Notes: generated by a model not told the origin, from the sequence alone. DNA of 64,000 bases from Octopus vulgaris (GCA_951406725.2 OX597816.1:85002001-85066000); one strand, 5' to 3'. Counted from the stretch's first letter, positions 27,642 to 42,342 are shown. Program-made: numbers and translations.

Positions 27642-28797
27642 TTGGGCTGGCAACTAAGTTCCCGGCGGTTTTTCAAATTAATTTTTTTTAAAAGTTTAAT
27701 AAAGAATAACAACTAATTAATCAATTATGTATTCACCCTTCTTTAAAACTTCTTCCAAACCTTCAACAAGATTTCAGTACCTTGTTGGTAGAAATCACCC
27801 GATTTCGACTCGAAAAATTGATCCAACCAGAATCTCAATTCTGCATCAGTATTGAACGAAACTCTGCGCAGAGCATTTGAAAGAGATCGAAAGAGGTGGA
27901 AATCCGTTGGTTCCAAATCAGGAGAGTATGACGGGTGTGGCAGCACTTCCCAGCCATGCGTTTAAATGACTTCCTTGGTCATATTGGCGATATGAGGGCG
28001 GGCGTTGTCGTGCAGCAGAAGAACTCCATGCTGCCGATTAGGTCTTTTCTCTTGAACAGCAACGTTGAGTCGCTCCATCTGTTGAGCATAGAGTTCCACG
28101 TTGACCGATTGTTTCCGTTGAAGCAATTCGTGACAGATAATCCCTTCCCAATCCTACTATACGCACAACATCGTTTTACGTGGATGAAGATCTTGTTTCA
28201 CGTGTGGTGTCGCTTGTTTACCGGAGCTAAGCTATTCCTTACGCTGCTTCATATTGATATACAGGCACCATTTTTCTTCACCAGTAACGATTCGGCAAAG
28301 AAATCGCTGCTTGTGTCCATGAGTTGAGCGGTGACGTGCAAGCAAACCAGTGGAGATTGTGGCGCGTTGATTTTTGTTGTTGTCACTTAAAGCATGCGGA
28401 ACCTATGCTCCATACTTCTGAACCTTTCCTATCGAGTGAAGATCCTTCTCTATAATAGTGTGGAAGCATTCCATTGTCTCTGCCAGTTCCATTGTCGTTT
28501 CACGAGAATTTTCATGCCAAAATTTGGTTTAATCGCACTTCATCGCACTCAACTGGACGGCTAGAACGAGGTGCAAAATTTCACTTTTGAAATTTGCGCA
28601 CCAATCACGAGCGGCTCTTGCAGCTATGGTACCCTCTCCATACAATCACAAATGTCGCAAGCAGCTTTTGCGGCCTTAGAACTTTGATTAAAAGGAAAAA
28701 GAAGGAGGTGTCGAAAATACTCGTGATTCTTAACCTGACATTCCATTTTAATGATCTGAAAATAAACAAAATTTACAAAACTTAGCTGTCAATCCAA
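27642..28797 (-). mobile_element. Near full-length decayed mariner transposon
   Basis: TIRs TTGGGCTGGCAACTAAGTT (after TA at 27640-41) and AACTTAGCTGTCAATCCAA. Transposase motifs VTGEEKWCLY, LLLHDNARPH and LPHPSYSPDLEPTDFHLFRSL. Confidence 0.9.
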
Positions 28798-28868
28798 TTC
28801 ATACATACATACATACATACATACATACATACATACATACATACATACATACATACACACATACACAC

Positions 28869-28917
<49 letters not shown>

Positions 28918-29328
28918 ATTGTAAATGTTAGTATGCCAACAAAAGTAGTTACACTGTCTTCGATTATCATATGCAATCAAATAGTACCAATGAATGACAC
29001 GCCACAACCAGCTATAAAGAATGCAAAACCCAAGGGACCGATGCACAATGAGTGGAAACGATTGTAGTGACTAATAATAACGTATCTCATGAATTCCATA
29101 TTCTCTTTCACACACAAACATACATACACACACAAACACACACACACACAGAGTTCGATTCTTGACCGCAAAACTTTGGACCAATGTATTACAACATAGC
29201 CTACTCTTGGCCAAAACATGACGCTTGCAGTTTTAGTGCCCCTAAGAAATTGCTGTATGCCTACATGCATGCATATGTTGACACATTCATACAACAACCC
29301 TGCATGTACATACGCGCAGGCTCGCATT

Positions 29329-29360
<32 letters not shown>

Positions 29361-29391
29361 AACACACGCACACACACACACACACACACAT

Positions 29392-29424
<33 letters not shown>

Positions 29425-29425
<1 letters not shown>

Positions 29426-30220
29426 TAGACAGAATGAGTTAACAAATCCAAAACTGCGAGGAATTTTCAGGAGATTTATTACGAAATAGTCTTACAGCTG
29501 TTTCTGGGATATTATGGATATCCCTTCATCAGAGACGGTTCGAGAAAATATCTGCGTTCGAGTTATTGTGGAAAAGGAGAAGGTAGGGAATATAGAAGGA
29601 AATAAGAGAATGGAAGTAGAAATACAATATATAAAATATTGTAGTTACAGTTCCATTATTCGAGAAAAATAGCGTATAGAAGTAGTAAAAAGTTTCCTAT
29701 TTATGGTATGTAATTTCCAATAGCAGGTCATGTTTAGTCATTTCAAAGTATGGATCCGTGGAATCAGTGTTGCTCGTTCGAAAGTGTTTTGTGGTGTGAA
29801 TGAAATGTTGAGAATGCATTGGTAGTATTTGTGGATGGATGGAAGGAGATATATATGAAGAGAAAGAGGAGATAGGTCAAATCTAAAACAGGAAGAGAAA
29901 ATGAGAGGAAGAACGAGAGCAAAAAGAAGTAAAGATATAAGGGGGAGGAAAAAGGAGAGGGAAAAAATCAAGAGTGAATAAAAGTGAAGAAAGAGTGAAA
30001 GAAGTGAGAAACGGAGTGGTAGTAGGTGGTCAAGATAATATAATGGGAGGAATGGAGAGGTGTGGGGGATGAATAGGAAGAGATGAGAAGGTAAGGAGTA
30101 AAAGAATGTAAGATATGTGAGGAGGGGTGATATGACAGAACTGCACTCAGGAATGGGTAGGGAAAAGGTAGTGGAAAGGTATGGGTTGGTTGATACCGAA
30201 GTGAGTAGTAATTTTGGTAG
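29425..30220 (-). mobile_element. Penelope-like element 3' fragment between (TA)n tracts
   Basis: Homologous to 43865-44545 (shared TACATACCATA and ATAATGGAACT segments). Terminal hammerhead; microsatellites at both ends. Confidence 0.65.
29489..29536 (-). ncRNA. Type I hammerhead ribozyme, apparently intact
   Basis: GTCT-CTGATGA-A-GGGATAT(CCATA)ATATCCC-A-GAAA-CAGCTG-TA-AGAC: perfect stem I (4 bp), perfect stem II (7 bp), palindromic stem III, GUA triplet. Confidence 0.85.
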
Positions 30221-30314
<94 letters not shown>

Positions 30315-31496
30315 TATACACGATACTAGTTCTAACAATTTTGTATATCAAATTTATCTGTTCTGTAATATAGTAGAAAGTATCTATAAATTTAACCCAA
30401 CGCTTTTAGGAATGGACAGCAGGAAGCGCCTTATTTACAATAACTTCGTTGAAAGAATAAGAATTTCTGAACGTCTTGTATTGCTACAACACATTCCGTC
30501 TTCTTTGTACACTTAACACATCAATTGTGTGATACCATTGTTCTCATTTTCTCTTCTACTCTAATTCGTATTGTATCAATTTACGTAGGTCCACAAAGTA
30601 AGTATAGACAGACAAAAGCAGTTAAGTATTAGATACAATATGTCACTCAGTGAAAAACGGAGTAATTTCAATTTTGTCGTTTGGACTATAACGCCGATCG
30701 CGTAACCTATTTTGTTCCTCATGAAGACAATGTATATAATATATTACAGTGCTGGCCAAAATCTGTGGATATGCCATTACGAAATAGATGAGAGGAACAT
30801 ACAGAGACACATAATAATCCACACGCACACACTTATTTATACACCCACACATGCATACACACATGTATATATATTTATATATATATGTAGATAAACATAC
30901 ATATATATATATACACCTTTGCTATTATATATATATATGTATATATGAAAGGCAGGATATGTGTGTGATTGTGTGTGTGTGTGTGTGTGTGTGTACGTGA
31001 CTGTGTTTTATACACGTTCACAAATTAGAATGCATGTCGCTCCAATTTTAGGGCATTCGTCATGACTCTAGTTGTATTTTCGTCAACTTATTTTTACCAG
31101 AGGCACCAGGAAATAGATGTAATAATAAATTTTCAACCAAAACTTTTAACAATTTTCAAGTCGGAGAAATCACCAGTTTGCAAACAGGAGTTAAGTCCTC
31201 TTCTAGCGACGAGTAAATTTTCGTTAAGACTTTTGTTGTTTTTTTTCCAATCAGGACAAAAGTGTTTTATTGATATACGGACAACACACACACGTACAAA
31301 AAAAAAAAAACATGAATGCAATAGGTGTACCATAAATACATGAATGGTTACCATAAAATATTATACCATGGGTTACAATAGCACCTTAAAATGAAGTTCT
31401 TACCATTCCTTACCATTTCTATATCGTTATTTTTTGTTTTATTTTACTCTATTATTCTAACTTAATTTCCCACATGTTAGTTTCTTAACATTTGAT

Positions 31497-31630
31497 CTTT
31501 CTGACGAAGCATTGGGGCTCAACCAATGTCCAATCCCTGTTCAATGTTTGTTCATCTATATATATATCACTGACGTGATGAGGATAACCTTGAAGATTTG
31601 GCAGCCTCATAGAAGAATCAGCTGTAAGAG
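31497..31630 (+). ncRNA. Hammerhead with large multi-helix stem II insert (GAAA mutated to GAAT)
   Basis: CTTT-CTGACGA-[107 nt with hairpins CATTGG/CCAATG and ATGAGG/CCTCAT]-GAAT-CAGCTG-TA-AGAG. Confidence 0.5.
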
Positions 31631-31758
31631 TTTAGTATTTGTACACTCATCTATTCTTATTCGTTTATTTCTATGAACAGCATCTGGGAATCAGTATTAA
31701 GGAATGATAGGAGAATATTAGATTTATAAGACCTAAAATTCACTCCATAATTGCCCAC

Positions 31759-31829
31759 GGGCATATGGCGTAGTGGTTAAGAGCGCGATCTACTAACCCC
31801 AAGCATCCGAATTTGATTCAAGCCAGTGA

Positions 31830-31833
<4 letters not shown>
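31759..31833 (+). mobile_element. tRNA-derived SINE head (Pol III A/B boxes) running into (AAT)n
   Basis: TGGCGTAGTGG A box, degenerate B box ATTTGATTC, and no intact acceptor stem. Confidence 0.75.
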
Positions 31834-31865
<32 letters not shown>

Positions 31866-31945
31866 TAATAATAATAATATTAGTAATAATAATAATAATA
31901 ATGATCATAATAATAATAATAATAATGATAATAATAATAATATTA

Positions 31946-32006
<61 letters not shown>
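31834..32006. repeat. (AAT)n tract
   Basis: Read directly from the sequence. Confidence 0.95.
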
Positions 32007-32008
<2 letters not shown>

Positions 32009-32227
32009 TGTGTGCGGTATGGGCTACTCAACCAGAAGAAAATTCTAACTGGGCCCCCTGCAAAGTCGGGTGCTGTTTATCTTGATATGTGATCACCATG
32101 TCGCGCACATATGGCTGTAATGCATGTGCTATGTGTACCCTTATCAGACGAGTAGTCATGATGGGTATACTGGGCTTCGTATATTTTACCGGTGTCACTT
32201 TAATGGCATGCACTGCTCTCTCACTCA
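32007..32227 (+). mobile_element. Short retroposed 3'-end fragment inserted in (AAT)n
   Basis: Unique 220-bp block with (AAT)n on both sides, ending CTCTCTCACTC-AAT. Family not identified. Confidence 0.5.
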
Positions 32228-32230
32228 ATG

Positions 32231-33441
<1,211 letters not shown>

Positions 33442-33474
33442 TAATAATAATTATAATAACAAAAACAACAACAA

Positions 33475-33620
33475 CATCGAAAAATACCTTAGGAATGAGA
33501 ACCCAGGTTCGAGATTTCCCCAAGACACCTGATGAAGTCTGGAGGGTATATCAGCCGATACGTTGTGTTAACAACAAACAAGATGAGGACAACTATCCTT
33601 TAAATGTATATAGTGTAAAT
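33475..33620 (+). mobile_element. Hammerhead-containing repeat tail (probable 3' part of the SINE whose head is at 31759)
   Basis: A second copy lies at 17331-17396; both copies are preceded by a trinucleotide tract. Confidence 0.65.
33524..33569 (+). ncRNA. Minimal hammerhead ribozyme (GAAA mutated to GATA)
   Basis: GACAC-CTGATGA-A-GTCTG(GAGGGTATAT)CAGCC-GATA-CG-TT-GTGTT; stem I GACAC/GTGTT. Confidence 0.65.
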
Positions 33621-35824
33621 GATATATTTTCGGTAGTTTAATAATAAACTGTACAGCATGGAGTCATTCTTGTAGGCTAATCGAAATTTCTCCTTTTACA
33701 ATTTTAATCAGTCAAATATTCTTCTTCCTGAAATCCCCAGAATACGCACTCCGTTCTTCAGTCTTAATGGCAGTCTTCACGCCATCACTGTAAATTTCCA
33801 CCCCTACCAAACTGACCACAGATAGTGTATTGTTATCACTTACGTTAAAACAGCGTGGCACAAGTTCTACATCAACGAGTGTTTCACCTGCATTGTCTAA
33901 ATATGAGTGTTTGAACGTTGCTGTATACAGTGTATTTCCTTGACGTGTGACCCAATAGTAGTGGACCCTTTAAATGCTTTCAGCCATTGCTAATTCTACC
34001 ATCATTTTCACGACTTCATATTTCTCCAACACATTGTGACACTTTCCATATACGAATGTCTGCGCCTGCTGAAGCAATGAATAGATGTAATTTTCACAGA
34101 TCCTTTCATTATACTTTAACCCACTCCTAAGTGGGTTTTGACTTGGGCCTATTCACGTCTCTTTTGTCTTTTACATTTCCACATACATACTCATGACTGA
34201 CACGATACACACTAAGCAACACGTTATACACTAACCAACATGTTAGTCTGTATATAACGCAGTTATTACAAACAGCCGTTACAAGTACTGCTGCTATAAG
34301 TTCTTCTCACTTGCTCCTGCATACATAGTGCCGCACAAGTGGCATTTTCTGCATGTATGCAATGCATGCAATTCATGCCTAAGATATTGAAATTAACGAA
34401 GACAACAAATAGATTGTAACATAATTGTTTTCTTTTTATGAATGTTAGAAAAAAAGTTATAAATGCCCTGTTTAAATTATACACTTTTCATTTTTAAATT
34501 GCATGACTAAGTGCCGGGCGTGATGTTCTCGTATCTACCTACTTCTACCTCTTGCTTCTCTGTTCGTTTAGCATATGGCTGATAGTCATTCACTATCCAT
34601 CTCTACTTAATATTTTACTTTCCAAGTAATTTGCAAGTTTCTTGTAGAGAGGAGGATGAATAGACAAGGTGAGATGTTGTTTACTATGAAACAGGTGTGT
34701 CACGTGCATGGGCATGCATAAAATGAAGTGGCAATGGCAGGTCATAAACTAATTATATTTCGCCTTGTTCATTGACACTTTAACCAGTCAAAAATTTGCA
34801 TTACTTCTATATTGTTTCTCTTTCCTTATTTTCCTCTTTCTATCTTAGCTCTTTCTTTTTCTCCTGCTCTCTTTCTCTCTCACCCACCCCCACACACACG
34901 CACACTCACATAAACACACTGAAGACAGACAGAGGCAGGCAAAATATATATCATGTAGTTGCTAATGTCAAACAAGAGTTTTTACATGCATTATGCTGTG
35001 TCACTTGACGTGCATTATAATTCCCCACAGCTAATAACTTTCAAAGAATAAAGGAATAACTACAACACACACACACGCATAGACACACACGCATACACAT
35101 ACATAGATATATGTTGTTGAAAAACAAATACAATGCAAATTAAAATATACGAGTGACAACGAAAGGAAGACCGTACAATGGTGTATACGTTACCATAAGG
35201 TAAAATTTAAACAATTATTTTCTTCGCATCCATATTTCGATTTGCATTGTATTCGCTTTTCAACAGTTTTAACATTATATATCTAACAAGGCTTCACTTG
35301 AACTACTTTGTTAGTATATATCCATGTTTATACGTGCATGTGTATGAGTACGTGTGTGTGTGTGTGTGTGTGTATGTGTGTGTGTGTGTACAAGATTGTA
35401 AGTCTGTCTATGTTTGTATGACCGGGAGTGCGCACTATGTGTCTTTGGAAATAATTGCATTATTTGATGAAAATATATTTAGTATAGTTGCGCAAATATA
35501 AAGTGTTGAAAAAGTACAAATGCTCAATGTACATCCTTATTTTCATTCTAGAAAAGAGTTGTTCACGTTTGTACATAATGCCAAGCAGTGTGGCATAGCA
35601 TTTAGGGAATTATGTTAATTTGGGGGAGTTCATTACTTTAAGGTAGTCTGCATAAAATTGAGATACTTATCTTTAAATTTTGACGAAAGAAATTCACTAA
35701 TCCAAAATTCTATTTTTTCCAAATTGCAGTTCATTTCATGTAACTTATTCAACATTGACATTAAATGGATTCTTAAAATGCTAAAAACAACGTCTCTAGT
35801 TTTGAATTCTTTAAATTTGGAGTA

Positions 35825-36035
35825 GTGTCTGTGTTTGTACCCTACTATCGCTTGACAGCAGACGTTGGTGTGTCTATGTCCCGTAACATAGTGGTTCGGC
35901 AAAAGTGTCTGATAGAATAAGTTTTAGGCTTAAAATTAATAAATCCTGGTGTCGATTTCTTCGACTGAAAGACCCTTTAAGGCGGCGTTCCAGCATGGCC
36001 GCAGTCAAGTGACTGAAACAAGTAAAAGACAAAAG
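35825..36035 (+). mobile_element. SINE 3' half
   Basis: CCAGCATGGCCGCAGTCAAGTGACTGAAACAAGTAAAAGA tail, shared with 42290-42340. Confidence 0.8.
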
Positions 36036-36394
36036 CAGAAAAAAAGAAAAGAGAATTGTCAATGAAATTTGCTATTGAATTACTGTTCAATTTCTGTTTC
36101 CACAGATTGAAAATGTACTAAAGTTGATGTAGTGTCTTGAGTAGGGATTAAAATTTAAGGCTTTTGAATGGTCGGATGGTTGTAAATTGGCTTTGATTCG
36201 TGAAGAATATTACACGAGCAACTAGTGGATGTACCCGCAGCGCAACAAACATAATTAAGTAAGGTTAGTTGGACATTTAATAGATATTTCCTTTTCATTT
36301 CAGTTTCACCAAATCATTTTGAGTGAGAGAAATTATAAAAGAGAGAAAGAAATGAAACAAAATTTTAATATATATTTTTTTCACAAAATTAGGC

Positions 36395-36458
36395 GTGCCA
36401 GTTCAACCACTACAGGGACCGCATATGACCCGCAGACCGCATTTTGTCAATACTTGTA
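36395..36458 (+). mobile_element. Possible hAT/Charlie-type terminal remnant
   Basis: GGGACCGCATATGACCCGCAGACCGCATTTTGTCAATACTTG resembles the GGCCCGCGGGCCG subterminal motif. Partner end not found. Confidence 0.3.
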
Positions 36459-39400
36459 ATAATTCTAAACTTAACTGATTTTATAAATGGCAATAAGATG
36501 ATCAATTGGTGAGATATGACTTAATTTATTTTGAAGGGAGTCTGTAAGAAACAAGTGTTGATTCTGTCAAAATTAAAAGTCAATGCTGGTTCGAACTATG
36601 ACAATGTAACGCGTATTTACTGTTGTTTATTAACTACAATATTTCCCTGTTTACTTTGACATTTCTCTAACGTTTCCTTTCAAGATAATTTAAGATGAAT
36701 CAATAACTGTTGCACAAAATCAACATGAAGAGCAAATACCATTGCCAAATATGTCCCATTAAATATTGAGAAATATAACTAAGATATAAGCAAACATTTA
36801 TCAAATATTTATAACCTTAAGCTTAAGCAGAACTATTAATTAATGATACATTCCGACATTGTCATTCTATAAACTTGCCAGTGGAATTTTTGCTATTTAT
36901 GATGAAATATAGGCGGGTTTTAATATAATTCTGCTAAATTAAACATATGACAATAACGATTTACAATATTGATAAATGGCCAGTTATTTGTAAGGGAAGG
37001 CATATCGGCATAAACTGGTCGAACTACATATTTCTTACATATTTCATCAGCTTCAGTGAAAGGAAAGCCATGATCTAAATCAACAAGTTAAAATTGAGCT
37101 TTGGAGCAATTTAAGCAATTCCTGTAGTCACGTATTTGACCATTTCTGTCTTTGTTATGAGTCCATAATAAACAGAATGCATATAACACCGGGTTCTTAA
37201 GATTCCTGTTTTCTTACAAACATAGTGAAGTTCCGTTAGTTTTTAGTGTATTATTCTAGCTTTGGGAAATACAGATATGTTTATGTGGTAATGAAATGTC
37301 CAACACTGATTTTGCTGGTCATGTAAGTTTGCAGGGTGTTAAATAACGGTTTGCATTTGGCATGTGATGTAGCGTATGTTATAACTTTTAGAAAACCCTT
37401 TTCTGATTCCCAATATAACGTTTGCTTTCTTGTCTAATGCTCTTGGAAAACGCTAGTGCATCCTAAAATTCCATTAGCACAGCCGCTTTGGTCAATGTTT
37501 TATCACCAGTTAACGGATATGTTTGAGCAGAATTGCGCATTTGGGATGCTGTGACAGTGAAGTATTAACTAAGGAATTTGTGCCGTCTATGAAGTAAATT
37601 ATTTCTAACGGAACGAATTCTAATTCCAAATCCGTCGCGGTGAACAACAATTTTACTTCTTGCTGCACTGAACTCACAAAACAAATTTCTCACATGTTAA
37701 AACCATTTATTATTTTTTTCCGAATAGCATTAACCTTTACTTGATTATATGTCAGAGGATCATGATGAATTTATATTTTATTCCAATGATTATGTTTTGT
37801 AGCAGACATCAGAATGTGAAATCATTAAAGAAAAATTACCGTCACCATAAAATAACAGTAAAGGAAAAAAAAGTGAAAGAAAAATATAAGCAATCATTCA
37901 ATACAAAACGAATTACATTAGAAATGAAAATGTGGAAATTACTATGGAAGATTTGAAATAAAAATTAACTTTATCGATATTAATAGTAACTTAATGTTGT
38001 AAGGAAAAAATATTATGAGAAAATCGATAATAATATGAGAAAAATAAAAATAGCAAAAATAATAAGATAGAGTTAAAATAAAAAGACACAGGAGAAAACC
38101 AGAAACAACAAGAACGTTGAAAGGAAGTCTTCATTACTTCCATTGAATTCAATTATGTTGGATCTTTTGTACAGAAGACACAAAGAAGATTTCGACGATG
38201 GTATCAGTTTATCTTGAGAATATCAAGGATTTTAAACATGTTAGGTTGTAAATCTGTGTCTTTTATTTGAGTAAATACTATAGAATTTATCTCCCTCTCT
38301 ACACAAATGACAAACTGATAGAAGAAGAGAAAACAAAATCGATTAATGCATACAATGTGAAGAAGCAAGGGAATTATAATAAGATGAAACAAATTCGAAG
38401 GAGATTTCGTCCCCGCTTTCAACCAAAAGAAAAGCTTTTCAGTGCATTATATAGACAGATACATGGAAATCCCTATCAATTTGGTTCAGTAAATGTACGA
38501 ATAAGATAGAAAACGGATAAAGAATTTCTTTATGAAACGAGGTTAGGATAGCTTGATGCATTAAATTAACAAAGTAAATCCCCCGTTTTTTACTTTTCAT
38601 TCTAAATCATAGGCTCACACACAGAAAATAAGCCGTATGTATTTTTTGCGTGTGAAAGAATTCAAGTCTTAAACTTCGGTATGAATGTGTGTGTATGCTT
38701 TGGTGTCTGCGTGTGTATGCGTGTGCATGTGTGTGTGTGTGTGCGTGTGTGTATTTCTGGTGCGTGTGTGCATTTGTGGAGCGTGTGTACATTTGTTGTG
38801 CTTGTATCCATGTGTGTGTGTGTGCAAGCGTGCGTATGTGCCTAGCGGTAAATGACAAAATCAGTAGAGCATCGAACAAAACCATTTATACTCATTGTAA
38901 TTTCTGAATTCAATTCTTACCGAAGACATCTTTCGGTTTCATTAGTTGGGAATATTCAAAGGAGAGAGTGAAGTACAAAGGTTATTTACATATACTATGA
39001 CCCTCTCTTAAAATGCGCGCAATTTCTGACATGTATTTGAACTTGACGCAATTATTGTTCGGCCTCAGGCCTACGACCATATCAAGTCTAGCCTCGGCCA
39101 CAACACAGCACATAACTGTGTTTGTGTGCAACGTATGTGTATGTGCAATCACACATACACACACACACACACATTTCTCAAAATACAGACACGCACGAGC
39201 ATGTGCAGACAAATACATAGACAGACACAATTACAGGCAACCGATACACGAATATATGTACAAACAACACTGATACGCAAAAAAGATACTAGAACACTGC
39301 TGTATATCTGTCTGTCTGTCTGTCTGCCTGTCTGTCTGTCTGTCTATCTGTCTGTCTGTCTATAGTTATGTTGACGATTTAAATATATTTAAATATATTC

Positions 39401-40093
39401 TTTAACCATATAACACAAGCCACCTGTAGTTTTTTCAGTCTTTTTGTCTTTTATACATCCAACAGCGTGCTTTCACATATCAACTCTCTCAACTATTATT
39501 TATATATATATATATAATTATATATACTTATACACACACATTCTCACACACGCGTACAGGAACATACATATGCATGTATGTTCATATAATAGGTGTGTTA
39601 GAGTACTTGTAGTGCACCAAGGCATTTCGATTAATTAAAGTTATATCCGTAGTGATTACGAAATGCATTATCTTAATGACAAATTCTAAACAATAAAGTT
39701 AAGAACGACAACTCCGGATTTTAAATAATTAAATTAAATGAACACTGAAAAGCACGTGTGGGAGTGCTTCTGACTGATCTTTTGCTCTTTCCATATATGT
39801 GTATATGTGGTTTTACGTGTGCGTGCATATACGCGTTTGGATTTTTGTGTGGATATAAATGTGCATCTGGTTAGCTGCACGTTATCTCCAATATTATTAC
39901 AACATTAATATTATCCCACCTTCTATCCAAGCGAGCAAAACTGTCCTTCACCAAATGTAGTCAAATATTCACTTTTCACTTCGCAGCCTACGTGCATCGC
40001 CTAGCCGAAAACAACGTCAAATATAAACTGAATATAATCCAATTCTTCCATTCCATAATTACAAGTTATATGTATATACATATGTGTGTATGT

Positions 40094-40151
<58 letters not shown>

Positions 40152-40157
<6 letters not shown>

Positions 40158-40386
40158 GTGTACATTTAAACACAGGAGAAAACTGCCTTCAAAAGGTAAT
40201 TTTTACACGCTAGAAGAAGCAGTCAAAACGACCAAATCCACATTTAAGAGCAATTTTCGAAGGAAATGAAAAATAAAACTTTTACGTTGTTGTTTTTACG
40301 GTTATACGTAGGCTTCAGATTTCTTCAGCAAATGAAATAATTTGATAGGCGAATCCTCATCAGTAACCGTGCCATATAAGTATGAA
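40152..40386 (-). mobile_element. Solo hammerhead-bearing element between two (TA)n tracts
   Basis: 235-bp unique block bounded by (TA)n at ~40097-40151 and ~40387-40412; contains a hammerhead motif. Confidence 0.6.
40298..40370 (-). ncRNA. Type I hammerhead ribozyme (A15 mutated to G)
   Basis: ACGGTTA-CTGATGA-GGATT[30 nt]AATCT-GAAG-CCTACG-TA-TAACCGT: perfect 7-bp stem I; stem III is one substitution away from palindromic CGTACG. Confidence 0.75.
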
Positions 40387-40748
40387 TATATATATATATA
40401 TATATATATATAGTGTCGCTCAAGAGTGATAGTCTATTAAAGTGAGATTCGAGATTTTAGAAAAACAGTACCGTACTGACAATAGGAAAGACATCAAAAG
40501 TAAATGTTTGTATTTTTATAAAATTTCAATTGGTTTATGTCGATAGTGATGTAGTGTTCATTCTTTAGACACACATTATTGATGATGAACCTGAAAGAAC
40601 TAGTGTTGGCAGTAACATGGAAGATAAAGAGCCTGAAATGCAAAGAAATTAGAACTACATATGTGAGGAAGCTTCATGAAAAACAAAACAAAAATAAACA
40701 TCCAACACAGTGCTATTCATAGGTTCTTAAAGAAATTTCAAAAATAGT

Positions 40749-41450
40749 ATCTGAGGGCAGAACTGGAAGCCCCAAAAAATCTGGACAAAGAATAGAATTG
40801 GTTCTAGAACCATAACGGTACGCAATTATCACCTCGTAGGGTAGCTAACATGTTTGAAATTCTACGTGTATCAATCCACAGTTTTCCTGCGAAATGATCT
40901 GAACAAAAAAGCTTATGACATTCAAGTTTGAACTGAAGGACACAAGGTGAAGCCGCTTGGGAAAGATTGACCTTGAACTCAACCGTGAATGCGCCGTACG
41001 TTTTAAAGTTCTAGCGCACTTCCGCAGTTTACAACAGTGCTTGGAAGGAGGGTGTGTAGCGTGTGATCGTAGCATTGACCATGGCAGAGAAAGATGTTAT
41101 AAAGCGATACCTGCACAGGGTCTTACACAAAGTTGCAGAAAGTGTATGGAGACAAGTGCGTAAGCAGCACACAAGTGTATCAGTGGTTCAGACGTTTCCA
41201 AAAATGGCCGAAAAAATGTCGATATTGACGAACGTTCTGGGAGACTTTCAAGCAGCGGAACTAAGGAAAACATCTCAGTTGTTCGTGCATCTGTGAGGGG
41301 AAATCGTCAAATCACCATCCGTGAGTTATCAGATGTGCAGATTAGTTACGGTTCAGTGCAGTCCAATATCATTGAAGATTTGGGTATGAGAATCGTGTCT
41401 GCAAAGTTTATGCCAAAACTGCTTTCAGCTGAATAGAAGACAATGCATTT
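40749..41450 (+). mobile_element. Mariner transposon 5' half, decayed
   Basis: TQVYQWFRRFQNGRKNVDIDERSGR, NRQITIRELS and LGMRIVSAKFMPKLLSAE. Confidence 0.85.
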
Positions 41451-41801
41451 TGTGTCCATGCATTTGCGTGTGGATAAACTTGTGGCTGGGTGTGCGAGTC
41501 ACTATAGAACACAGATATGTGTTTCATTAGTGTCCATGCTAGTGTGTACATATGTATTCAATATGTATAATTGGTTGTGTGCATATGTTCATCCAGATAT
41601 TTCTAAACGAGTGTAACTGTAGAAAACGAATTCGTCTGCTATGTTGTTTTGTTTGAGAACCCAGCCATTTCTGGGTTTCTATGTAGATGTCTTACAAACA
41701 ATCTTTAAATATTAATTTACCTAAATAGGTATCTTTTATTTGCTGGCTACTGATAAAATTTTTGTGATTTTATCCTTTAATTATATCAATCAATCAATCA
41801 C

Positions 41802-41881
<80 letters not shown>

Positions 41882-41929
41882 CATACATGCACACATACAC
41901 ACATACATATATATGTGTGTGTATGTGTG

Positions 41930-42342
41930 CAGAGGCTTGGCTGTGTAGTGAGAAATTTGTTTCTCAGACACAGGGGAGCGGATTCAACCCCACTCTGCGG
42001 CAATTTGGGTCAAGTGTTTTCTACTAAAGCTCAACACGACCAAGCCTTGTGTGTAGATTTGATGCACGGAAATTGAAAGAAGCCCGTCGATTATATACAT
42101 ATATATGTATGTGTGTGTGTGTTCATATGTCTGTGTATGTGTGTATGTTTGTGTGTGTGTGTATGTCTTTGGTTCATTATATCAAACAACGATTGACAAA
42201 TGATGATGGCGTGTTTATCTAGAGTCAGAATAATGACAAGGCTTTAAAAACTAGTTATTCGGGTTAATTCTTTTGAGTAACGTTTTTCAGAGCTGCATCT
42301 TAGTATGGTCGCAGCCTAATGACTGAAACAAATAAAAAGATT
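41930..42342 (+). mobile_element. tRNA-derived SINE with internal (TA/TG)n
   Basis: Head GGCTTGGCTGTGTAGTGAG; ACGGAAATTGAAAGAAGCCCGTCG; tail ATGGTCGCAGCCTAATGACTGAAACAAATAAAAAGA. Confidence 0.8.

Noticed and set aside
30395-30510. Possible decayed hammerhead on the minus strand (GGAATG/CATTCC stem, AAAA-GCG-TT)
   Set aside because: Both core halves are mutated; it cannot be supported without a family consensus.
31759-31833. Functional tRNA gene
   Set aside because: The B box is degenerate, there is no acceptor-stem pairing or poly-T terminator, and it runs into (AAT)n. Treated as a SINE head.
37021-37054. Hammerhead-like string GAAG-CTGATGA-AATATGTAA-GAAA-TATG-TA-GTTC on the minus strand
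   Set aside because: Stem II does not pair, the first stem I pair is G-G, and the pattern is explained by a local GAAATATGTA duplication.
36960-37740. Possible hAT transposase remnant on the minus strand
   Set aside because: Only faint motif echoes; cannot be supported by eye.
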